A stretch of 64,000 nucleotides of DNA from Escherichia coli (GTDB taxonomy: Bacteria > Pseudomonadota > Gammaproteobacteria > Enterobacterales > Enterobacteriaceae), in NCBI RefSeq assembly GCF_003334335.1, contig NZ_QOWQ01000001.1; one strand, written 5' to 3'. Of the stretch, positions 43,655-51,399 are shown piece after piece. The first letter of the stretch is position 1, and each line of letters starts with the position of its first letter. The position numbers were made by a program, and so were the translations under genes. The notes under the pieces are model-generated. The model was not told the DNA's origin and made no database searches. It saw only the letters and a program-made list of their open reading frames with translations.

Positions 43655-46600
43655 TTACACCTCCACGCGGCCCAGCAGATAATGATGATGCTGGTGGACA
43701 TGGCTGATGATGCGGCACATATCGTTCAGCTCCGGTGGTACGTTGTTAAACTGACCTTTGCTGTCGATGTTTAACACCCAGCTTTGGTTATTCAGACGTA
43801 CTCGTACCCGGCAATCTTCCACAAGGAAGCCTGGGTTGCTGCTGTTATCAAAGTCTTGCGCCAGGCTGAAGACGGTGATTTTGTCTTTGTACGGTTTACC
43901 GTTCCACGGACAGAACTGAGCGCAGTTGCCGCATTCGTTACAGTAAGCGTCGAGGTGCAGCGTCTGGAAACGGTTCTGGAAGCCTGGGACCGCAATGGAG
44001 ACGTTGGCGCGGTTCGGGCAGACATCCACACACTTGCTGCAAACGTAGTTACATTCGAGGCAGCGAGCGGCTTCCTGGGCGACAAACGCGTCACGATCGT
44101 CACTGTTCACCAGCGTGATAGAGATATCGCCTTTACGTTGATAGATTTCCGCTGGATTGACGTTGTTCCAGTATTTATCGTTCTGGTGGGAACGGATATT
44201 TTCCCGACTAAGGATGGCATCGGTCGCCCGACGCGCGGTTCCGACAGCAGCGACAATGGAGGATGGTCCGCGCTGTACGTCGCCGATCATAAAGACGTCA
44301 GTCAGACGAGTTTCGCCATTATGGTCGACGTCTGGCCAGCCGTTTTTGTCCAGCGGCACGCCCATCGCATTCAGGGCTTCAGTATCCTGCTGTTCACCAA
44401 TGGCGGTGATCAGGCTGTCTACAAGCAGTGTTACTGTTTCATTGGTTTCAACCGGACGACGACGACCTTTCTCATCCGGTTCGCCAAGCGACATAACGCG
44501 CAAGGTTAAGGTGCCATCAGCATCGAAACGTTCCGGATTATTCAGGAAACGGAACTCTACGCCGTCGTGCAACGCTTCTTCATACTCTTCGCGCCATGCG
44601 GGCATCTCTTGTAGTGAACGACGGTAAACGATCGTTGCTTTTTCTACGCCTGGAACGCGTAACGCCGCACGAGCGCAGTCCATTGCGGTGTTACCCGCCC
44701 CGACAACGACCACATGTTTGCCCAGCTTGAGCGCTGTACCCTTGTTGTATTCACGCAGGAAGGGGAGTGATTTCCAGACATTTTGGTTGTCGCCCGCCAG
44801 TTTCACACCGCTATTTTTATCAGTGCCGGTGGCAATCAGAACATAGTGGAAGCCCTGATTTTTTAACTGCTCAATGGTTAAATCGGGTGAGCAGCCATAC
44901 TCAAATTTCACGCCGTGAGCGGCAACAAAATCGATATCGTGCTGAATTAACTCTGCAGGAATACGGAACTGAGGAATGATATTTTTCACCACGCCGCCCG
45001 CATTGGCTTCGCGTTCAAACAGCGTAACCGGATGGCCCGCTCTGGCAAGGAAGTAACCTGCTGCCAGACCCGCCGGACCTGCACCAATCACGGCAACCGG
45101 ATGGCGTGAACCAGAACCGGCTGGTTTGTGCCAGCGTTGCTTATATTCATCCCAACCTTTTTCCAGCGCGACTTTTTTCAGTTCGCGGATATTCAGCGCA
45201 CTGTCGTAATCCAGGCGGGTACAGTTGTATTGGCACTGGTGATCGCAAATATGACCGGTAATGGCGGGCAGAGCGTTGCGTTGGTAGATGAGTTCCAGCG
45301 CGTCGGCATAGCGGTGTTCGCCAAGCAGACGGATGTATTCCGGAATATCTTGCTTGATAGCGCAGGCAGTAACACAGGGGGCAACGTAGCAGTCGGTCAG
45401 CGGCAGGTCTTCTGCCACTTCAATACGCTCTTCTGGCTTCCAGTGTTTCTGGGTGTATTCCATGGTTAACGCATCTGCTGCCAGTCTGTTCAGTCGTTCG
45501 ACGTCAACATGGTCAAGTCCCCAGGCGTCGGAGCCTTCCAGCTCGCGCATGCAGGCACTTAAGCGCAGATAGCCGCCAGGTTTCAGCAGGTCGGTTGCCA
45601 TAGTAATAGGGCGAATACCTGTATCAAAAATATCGCGGATAGTCAGCTGACTGGCACCACCGGAATAAGAAATGGGCAGTTTGCCGTCAAAGGCGCGAGA
45701 GAGAACTGCTGCAACATTGATGGAGAGCGGGAACAGCGCACGGCCTGACATATACATCTCTTCACCAGGCAGTGCGCCTTTATTGTTGATGGTGCCGAGA
45801 GTGTTAGTCAGTTTTACGCCAAAGCCGAGTGATTTTTCTTTTGCCAGTGCCATCAGGCGTTCCAGCATTTCCAGTGCTTGCGTCAGCTTGAGGTCGTGAT
45901 CAAATGACTCTTCTTTTAAGCCTATGTAACCGAAACCGCAGACATCGAGGATCTCACGAACACGCGCGTACCCCAGTAAGGTCGGGTTAAGTTTCACAAA
46001 GGTGTTGAGCCCTTTTTCTTCCAGCATGTAGCGGCAAATGGCTTCGATTTCATGCGGAGGACAGCCGTGCATGGTGGAGAGGGTGACGCCATGCACCATA
46101 CTGGTGGGGATGCGAGCGGGTAAGGCTTGCAAGCTTTCGCGTTTTTCCTGCAATCCGTGGCGAGCTAAAAATGCGTCATCCTGGAGTAATTTATTCAGCG
46201 TATCGCGATATTGAGCGAATTTCGGATGGTCAGATGCGTCCATCATATTGTCGATGAACTGTTGCATCGGCGGTTGCTTAATACCTTCGAGGTTGTAACC
46301 GACGCTCATATTAAAGATGAACGATTTACCGGAATCAGAAGGCTGGAACATCGCTTCGAGAAGGTGCAGGGCAAACCAGGCTTTGAGGTATTCATCCCAG
46401 GCTTTAAGCAGGGTAAATTCGGTAGACCATTCGGTGTTAAAGCACTCGTCTTCGGCATCGATACAGGGCTTTTCCAGCTCCAGGCGGTCAAGAATTTGGA
46501 CGGTTTTTAGTTCGATGAAGCGTCCGCCAGTCAGCCAGGAAGTGACAATATTTTGCGCGAGCTGCGTGTGCGGGCCAGCGGCAGGGCCGACGGGAGTGGC

Positions 46601-46753
46601 ACAGGTTTCACCGAAGACGCTAACAGTTTTACCTTTTACAGGTGAGTAAAACTGTTGCTCGGGAATACCAAAGATTGAGCGTTGTTGTTGGTATTCATCA
46701 AATATGCGCGTCAAAAGTTCCTCAAACGGAATGGGACGCATAATATCCCCCAT
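43655..46753 (-). CDS. ygfK: Large flavo-iron-sulfur oxidoreductase: barrel domain + GltD-like FeS/FAD/NAD(P)H + 2x[4Fe-4S]. Historically annotated as a putative selenate reductase subunit
   Basis: 1032-aa ORF. Motifs are VKLTNTLG / SYSGGAS (FMN-barrel-like), [67 protein letters not shown] and CNECGNCAQFCP. Confidence 0.92.
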   Translation of the reverse strand: MGDIMRPIPFEELLTRIFDEYQQQRSIFGIPEQQFYSPVKGKTVSVFGETCATPVGPAAGPHTQLAQNIVTSWLTGGRFIELKTVQILDRLELEKPCIDAEDECFNTEWSTEFTLLKAWDEYLKAWFALHLLEAMFQPSDSGKSFIFNMSVGYNLEGIKQPPMQQFIDNMMDASDHPKFAQYRDTLNKLLQDDAFLARHGLQEKRESLQALPARIPTSMVHGVTLSTMHGCPPHEIEAICRYMLEEKGLNTFVKLNPTLLGYARVREILDVCGFGYIGLKEESFDHDLKLTQALEMLERLMALAKEKSLGFGVKLTNTLGTINNKGALPGEEMYMSGRALFPLSINVAAVLSRAFDGKLPISYSGGASQLTIRDIFDTGIRPITMATDLLKPGGYLRLSACMRELEGSDAWGLDHVDVERLNRLAADALTMEYTQKHWKPEERIEVAEDLPLTDCYVAPCVTACAIKQDIPEYIRLLGEHRYADALELIYQRNALPAITGHICDHQCQYNCTRLDYDSALNIRELKKVALEKGWDEYKQRWHKPAGSGSRHPVAVIGAGPAGLAAGYFLARAGHPVTLFEREANAGGVVKNIIPQFRIPAELIQHDIDFVAAHGVKFEYGCSPDLTIEQLKNQGFHYVLIATGTDKNSGVKLAGDNQNVWKSLPFLREYNKGTALKLGKHVVVVGAGNTAMDCARAALRVPGVEKATIVYRRSLQEMPAWREEYEEALHDGVEFRFLNNPERFDADGTLTLRVMSLGEPDEKGRRRPVETNETVTLLVDSLITAIGEQQDTEALNAMGVPLDKNGWPDVDHNGETRLTDVFMIGDVQRGPSSIVAAVGTARRATDAILSRENIRSHQNDKYWNNVNPAEIYQRKGDISITLVNSDDRDAFVAQEAARCLECNYVCSKCVDVCPNRANVSIAVPGFQNRFQTLHLDAYCNECGNCAQFCPWNGKPYKDKITVFSLAQDFDNSSNPGFLVEDCRVRVRLNNQSWVLNIDSKGQFNNVPPELNDMCRIISHVHQHHHYLLGRVEV

Positions 46754-46825
46754 AACCCTCTCCTTAGCTTATACAGATATCATTGAGTGACCGGTGTTGA
46801 GAAATCCGGTGGTTTAGGGGGATAG

Positions 46826-46841
46826 AGCAACAATCGCACCA
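46826..46841 (-). promoter_or_regulatory. Candidate sigma54 (-24/-12) promoter reading into ygfK-ssnA-ygfM-xdhD
   Basis: The minus strand reads GTGGTGC-GATTG-TTGCT. GG-N10-GC spacing is exact and the -12 TTGCT is perfect. The -12 GC is about 75 nt upstream of the ygfK ATG. Confidence 0.45.
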
Positions 46842-46904
46842 CTCTTGCCAGGTTTGGCGGGAAATATAAAAAAATGTGAGGCGGCTCGAAACTTAAGGGC
46901 TTTT

Positions 46905-46920
46905 TGTGAATGAACTCACA
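46905..46920. promoter_or_regulatory. Perfect CRP-consensus palindrome TGTGA-N6-TCACA upstream of ygfK
   Basis: TGTGAATGAACTCACA was read directly. It is centred about 70 bp upstream of the -24 element, with an A-tract (AAATATAAAAAAA, 46862-46874) in between. Confidence 0.5.
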
Positions 46921-47051
46921 GGTGCTAAATGAGAATTAAAATCACTCCTGAAAATTATTATTGCCAGCCCATTTATCAATTTTTCTCTTTTCTCAAAATC
47001 AGTGATTCCTTATCATTATGATAATGAGTGCCGGAAGGATTAAATATTTGA

Positions 47052-47067
47052 ACGCAATCGTTTAACT
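47052..47067. promoter_or_regulatory. PurR-box-like palindrome just downstream of the mocA stop, far upstream of ygfK
   Basis: ACGCAATCGTTTAACT matches ACGCAAACGTTTGCGT at 12/16; the left half matches 7/8. Confidence 0.3.
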
Positions 47068-47074
47068 ACGTTTT

Positions 47075-47653
47075 CTAAATTTCAGTATACCTTTCCTTCG
47101 CTGTAATAAAGTCGTCCGGAGTATCAATATCTAAAATTATTTCTGCATTTTCTATTTCGACGGAATAATGATCTCCCATAAGGAGTGCCTGACGCATATT
47201 GGTGACATTGGGTCGTTGGATTGCCTGCATCAGGCATGGTTTTGACACTAAAATCGGATGGCCGGGGATGCCATTATGGAGTGGCAGTATTGCGCCATCA
47301 TTTCGTAACGACCAGATTTTTCTAAAAATATCGATGGTGAGGGTTGGCATGTCACCGTGGGTGAGAAAACAATGTTCTGTTTGCACTGCGGGTACTGCGG
47401 CCTTGACGGATGTTAGTAAACCCTGCGCATAATCTGGGTTGTGAATAATAGTGATATTGCTCTGGTTCGCATAACGTTCGTGCAGTTCATTACCACGATA
47501 GCCGGTGACTAAAATAATTCGGCTACAAAACTGCAACGCATTTTTGATACTTGTATCAAGAATTGTTCCCTGTTCCCAGGGTAACATCATTTTCCATTGC
47601 CCCATTCTTGATGATAATCCGGCAGCGGTAATTATACAGTCGATGGCTGACAT
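47075..47653 (-). CDS. mocA: Molybdenum cofactor cytidylyltransferase (makes MCD for xanthine-dehydrogenase-family enzymes)
   Basis: 192-aa ORF MSAIDCIITAAGLSSRMGQWKMMLPW... (MobA-like NTP-transferase fold). Visibly lower GC than its neighbours. Confidence 0.92.
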   Translation of the reverse strand: MSAIDCIITAAGLSSRMGQWKMMLPWEQGTILDTSIKNALQFCSRIILVTGYRGNELHERYANQSNITIIHNPDYAQGLLTSVKAAVPAVQTEHCFLTHGDMPTLTIDIFRKIWSLRNDGAILPLHNGIPGHPILVSKPCLMQAIQRPNVTNMRQALLMGDHYSVEIENAEIILDIDTPDDFITAKERYTEI

Positions 47654-47755
47654 AGTGGTTCCATTATTTATAGGGGCTAATAACGCCTGATAATTGCGTT
47701 ACTTCCTGATGGATTAAGTTGGGGATAATTTATCCCAGAGAGGTCATAAAGACTC

Positions 47756-48526
47756 GTGAAAAGTATAGTTGACCCATCGGCATTAGTCATTGATTTAGGT
47801 GCGCAGAAACGTCCCACTGTGATTTCTGTTGTTGGTGCTGGGGGGAAAACCAGCTTGCTTTTTTGGCTGGCAGAACTGCTCCAGGCTAGCGGCAGGCGTG
47901 TGTTAATCACGACGACGACACATATGTTTATGCCAACGTCTCACTGGCCCGTGGTTTTCTGTCGTGATCCCGCCATGCTTCCTCATGCGTCTCTTACATC
48001 CCCCATTTCATTTTGTTTTCACAGCTGGAAAGCGAACCAGGGAAAAGTGCAGGGATTTACGCCAGAAGCGATTGATGCACTGGTGCAACGACCAGAGTGT
48101 GACGTAATTCTCATTGAAGCAGATGGCTCGCGTGGAATGCCGTTAAAAGCGCCTGATGAGCACGAACCTTGCATACCCAAAAGCAGTTGCTGCGTGATTG
48201 CTGTGATGGGAGGACATACTTTGGGCGCGAAAGTGAGCACAGAAAATGTCCATCGCTGGTCGCAGTTTGCTGATATTACCGGGTTAACACCTGATGCAAC
48301 CTTGCAACTGAGCGATCTCGTTGCGCTGGTTCGCCACCCTCAGGGGGCGTTTAAAAACGTACCGCAAGGTTGTCGGCGAGTCTGGTTCATTAACCGTTTT
48401 TCTCAATGTGAGAATGCGATTGCACAAAGCGAGCTCCTTCAACCGCTGCAACAACACGACGTAGAGGCAATCTGGCTGGGCGATATACAAGAACATCCTG
48501 CAATCGCGCGCAGATTTGTGAATTAG
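47756..48526 (+). CDS. yqeC: P-loop accessory protein YqeC (family linked to selenium-dependent Mo hydroxylase maturation)
   Basis: 256-aa ORF with a GTG start and Walker A VVGAGGKTSLL. Confidence 0.85.
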   Translation: MKSIVDPSALVIDLGAQKRPTVISVVGAGGKTSLLFWLAELLQASGRRVLITTTTHMFMPTSHWPVVFCRDPAMLPHASLTSPISFCFHSWKANQGKVQGFTPEAIDALVQRPECDVILIEADGSRGMPLKAPDEHEPCIPKSSCCVIAVMGGHTLGAKVSTENVHRWSQFADITGLTPDATLQLSDLVALVRHPQGAFKNVPQGCRRVWFINRFSQCENAIAQSELLQPLQQHDVEAIWLGDIQEHPAIARRFVN

Positions 48527-48573
48527 CGGCCCGGGTATTCCGGGTTACTGAAAGGATATCCATTGAGGTTGGT

Positions 48574-50199
48574 ATGAATATTTTCACAGAGGCTGCAAAA
48601 CTCGAAGAGCAAAATTGTCCGTTTGCTATGGCGCAAATTGTTGATAGCCGAGGCTCGACTCCCCGCCATTCTGCACAAATGTTAGTGCGCGCCGATGGTT
48701 CTATCGTCGGTACAATTGGTGGCGGAATGGTTGAGCGGAAGGTGATTGAAGAGTCGCTTCAGGCATTGCAGGAACGTAAGCCGCGATTATTCCATGGACG
48801 TATGGCTCGTAACGGTGCGGATGCTGTCGGGTCAGATTGTGGAGGTGCAATGTCAGTATTTATCAGCGTCCATGGTATGCGTCCACGTCTGGTGTTGATT
48901 GGCGCGGGGCATGTCAACCGGGCGATAGCCCAGAGTGCGGCGCTATTAGGATTTGATATTGCCGTTGCTGATATTTATCGCGAAAGCCTCAATCCTGAAC
49001 TATTCCCACCATCAACCACGCTTCTCCATGCTGAGTCGTTTGGTGCGGCAGTGGAAGCACTGGATATTCGCCCTGATAATTTTGTCCTGATTGCCACGAA
49101 TAATCAGGATCGTGAAGCCCTCGACAAACTCATTGAACAGCCCATTGCATGGTTGGGGTTGCTGGCAAGTCGTCGCAAGGTTCAGCTTTTCCTGCGTCAA
49201 TTGCGTGAGAAAGGCGTGGCTGAAGAACATATTGCCCGTTTACATGCGCCCGTTGGTTACAACATAGGTGCGGAAACGCCGCAGGAGATCGCCATCAGCG
49301 TGCTGGCAGAAATATTACAGGTGAAAAATAACGCGCCGGGTGGGCTGATGATGAAACCTTCTCATCCTTCCGGACACCAGCTGGTGGTGATTCGCGGTGC
49401 GGGAGATATCGCCAGTGGTGTGGCGCTACGTCTGTATCATGCGGGTTTTAAAGTGATCATGCTGGAAGTGGAAAAACCGACAGTGATTCGTTGTACCGTG
49501 GCGTTTGCCCAGGCCGTGTTCGATGGCGAAATGACGGTCGAAGGCGTCACTGCTCGCCTGGCAACCAGCTCTGCGGAAGCGATGAAACTTACCGAACGCG
49601 GATTCATTCCTGTGATGGTAGATCCCGCCTGTTCATTGCTTGATGAACTGAAACCGCTTTGCGTGGTGGACGCTATTCTGGCGAAACAGAATTTGGGAAC
49701 GCGGGCAGATATGGCACCAGTAACAATCGCGCTTGGGCCGGGCTTTACTGCTGGGAAGGATTGTCATGCGGTAATTGAAACAAATCGCGGGCACTGGCTC
49801 GGTCAGGTGATTTACTCTGGTTGTGCGCAGGAGAATACCGGTGTTCCTGGCAATATTATGGGGCATACCACCCGACGGGTGATCCGTGCTCCTGCTGCAG
49901 GCATTATGCGATCCAACGTGAAATTAGGCGATCTGGTGAAAGAGGGCGATGTGATTGCCTGGATTGGTGAGCATGAAATTAAAGCACCGTTGACGGGGAT
50001 GGTGCGTGGCTTGTTGAACGACGGCCTGGCAGTGGTTGGTGGTTTTAAAATTGGTGATATCGATCCTCGTGGTGAAACCGCTGATTTCACCAGCGTTTCT
50101 GATAAAGCCCGGGCGATTGGCGGCGGCGTACTTGAGGCGTTAATGATGTTGATGCATCAGGGCGTGAAAGCGACAAAAGAAGTGCTGGAAGTGGCTTAA
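48574..50199 (+). CDS. yqeB: XdhC/CoxI-family Mo-cofactor insertion domain fused to a YqeB-specific C-terminal domain
   Basis: 541-aa ORF with GAGG 6 nt upstream. N-terminal region FAMAQIVDSRGSTPRHSAQMLVRADGSIVGTIGGG and Rossmann-like LVLIGAGHVNRAIA. Confidence 0.9.
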   Translation: MNIFTEAAKLEEQNCPFAMAQIVDSRGSTPRHSAQMLVRADGSIVGTIGGGMVERKVIEESLQALQERKPRLFHGRMARNGADAVGSDCGGAMSVFISVHGMRPRLVLIGAGHVNRAIAQSAALLGFDIAVADIYRESLNPELFPPSTTLLHAESFGAAVEALDIRPDNFVLIATNNQDREALDKLIEQPIAWLGLLASRRKVQLFLRQLREKGVAEEHIARLHAPVGYNIGAETPQEIAISVLAEILQVKNNAPGGLMMKPSHPSGHQLVVIRGAGDIASGVALRLYHAGFKVIMLEVEKPTVIRCTVAFAQAVFDGEMTVEGVTARLATSSAEAMKLTERGFIPVMVDPACSLLDELKPLCVVDAILAKQNLGTRADMAPVTIALGPGFTAGKDCHAVIETNRGHWLGQVIYSGCAQENTGVPGNIMGHTTRRVIRAPAAGIMRSNVKLGDLVKEGDVIAWIGEHEIKAPLTGMVRGLLNDGLAVVGGFKIGDIDPRGETADFTSVSDKARAIGGGVLEALMMLMHQGVKATKEVLEVA

Positions 50200-50206
50200 A
50201 TGAAAA

Positions 50207-50234
50207 TGGCCGGATGGTATTACCCACCCGGCCT
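50207..50234. terminator. 28-nt hairpin, copy 1 (TGGCCGGATGGTATTACCCACCCGGCCT), next to the yqeB stop
   Basis: 10-bp stem with one mismatch. The T-rich run (ATTTTCATTT) lies on the minus-strand side, so it would stop yqeA-direction transcripts. Confidence 0.45.
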
Positions 50235-50256
50235 GAGACTGATGACAAACGCCAAA

Positions 50257-50357
50257 TTGCCTGATGCGCTACGCTTATCAGGCCTACAAGTGCATTGCAA
50301 TCTATTGAATTTGCGATGTTTTGTAGGACGGATAAGGCGCTCGCGCCGCATCCGGCA
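50257..50357. repeat. BIME: two inverted REP units
   Basis: TTGCCTGATGCGCTACGCTTATCAGGCCTACA ... TGTAGGACGGATAAGGCGCTCGCGCCGCATCCGGCA. Confidence 0.9.
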
Positions 50358-50386
50358 TCAACAAAGCGCACTTACTTGACAATCTT

Positions 50387-50414
50387 TGGCCGGATGGTAT
50401 TACCCACCCGGCCT
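50387..50414. terminator. 28-nt hairpin, copy 2; exact duplicate of 50207-50234, located 180 bp away next to the yqeA stop
   Basis: Identical 28-mer. The T-rich run (TTTAAATT) lies on the plus-strand side, so it would stop yqeB-direction transcripts. Confidence 0.45.
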
Positions 50415-50419
50415 TTAAA

Positions 50420-51352
50420 TTACTGACAAATCACCGTTCCTGTTTTGCCTTCAATCCCTTCTTTCGCTTTGCTCAATACGGTAATCAGTGCTTCACGACC
50501 TGCGCGAGAGCGAGCAAACGAGGCGGCAGCTTCCACTTTAGGCAGCATAGAACCTTTCGCAAAATGACCTTCTTCGATAAAGCGTTCAGCATCACTTAAT
50601 GACAGGCGATCGAGCCACTGTTCATTCTCTTTACCGAAGTTAATGGCCACTTTTTCTACCGCAGTCAGAATGATCAGCATATCGGCATCAATCATTTCTG
50701 CTAAACGGGCGCTGGCCCAGTCTTTATCGATAACCGCGCTGGCACCACGCAGATGGTTACCTTCACGAATAACAGGGATACCACCACCGCCAACGGTGAT
50801 CACCACCTGACCTGCATCTACCAGAGCTTTAACCGTTTCTTTTTCAATGATATCAACCGGTTTTGGCGAGGCAACAACACGGCGATAGCCGCGACCAGCA
50901 TCTTCTTTCAGAGTGTAACCCTGTTTTGTCAGTTGCTCTGCTTCTTGCTCGGTAAAGAACGAACCGATCGGCTTGGTCGGGTTGAGGAATGCCGGATCGT
51001 TAGCGTCGACTTCGACCTGAGTAACCAGCGTTGCTACAGGTTTATTAATGCCCCGAGAAAGCAGTTCTTCTCTTAAAGCGTTTTGTAGATCGTAACCAAT
51101 ATAACCCTGGCTTAATGCAACACAGACAGACATCGGCAGCATTGGCGAGTGCGCTTCAGTTTTTGCGGCAGCTTCAAAGGCCTGGTTAATCATGCCCACC
51201 TGCGGCCCGTTACCATGAGTGACGATAACTTCATGTCCCTGGGCAATTAAATCAACAATTGCCTGAGAAGTAATTTTTACCGCTTTCATTTGCCCGGCCA
51301 GGTCATCGCCCAGCGCATTCCCGCCCAGGGCGAGAACAATTTTCTTACTCAT
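50420..51352 (-). CDS. yqeA: Carbamate kinase-like protein
   Basis: 310-aa ORF with IVLALGGNAL and VTHGNGPQVG motifs. Confidence 0.92.
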   Translation of the reverse strand: MSKKIVLALGGNALGDDLAGQMKAVKITSQAIVDLIAQGHEVIVTHGNGPQVGMINQAFEAAAKTEAHSPMLPMSVCVALSQGYIGYDLQNALREELLSRGINKPVATLVTQVEVDANDPAFLNPTKPIGSFFTEQEAEQLTKQGYTLKEDAGRGYRRVVASPKPVDIIEKETVKALVDAGQVVITVGGGGIPVIREGNHLRGASAVIDKDWASARLAEMIDADMLIILTAVEKVAINFGKENEQWLDRLSLSDAERFIEEGHFAKGSMLPKVEAAASFARSRAGREALITVLSKAKEGIEGKTGTVICQ

Positions 51353-51399
51353 TTTTCCTCACTCATCATTCTTGATTGTGTATAGATCCCTGGCAGTGG

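Noticed and set aside
38627-46753. Possible selenocysteine (in-frame TGA + SECIS) in xdhD, ygfM, ssnA or ygfK, given the selenium link
   Set aside because: All four are uninterrupted ORFs with no in-frame TGA. Any selenium involvement would have to be as a cofactor ligand, not as Sec.
47722-47736. GGGATAA-T-TTATCCC palindrome just upstream of yqeC, and other GATAA/TTATC inverted repeats (47010-47024, 56661-56698), as a common operator
   Set aside because: The half-site orientation and spacing differ between the copies (1 nt, 1 nt, 24 nt; GATAA-TTATC versus TTATC-GATAA), and such AT-rich words are frequent in these spacers. This is not enough to call a shared motif, so they are noted only inside the regional findings.
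51381-51399. CCCTGGCAGTGGTTAGAGCA in the hyuA-yqeA junction
   Set aside because: GG-to-GC spacing is off by one. It also reads on the plus strand, away from any gene.
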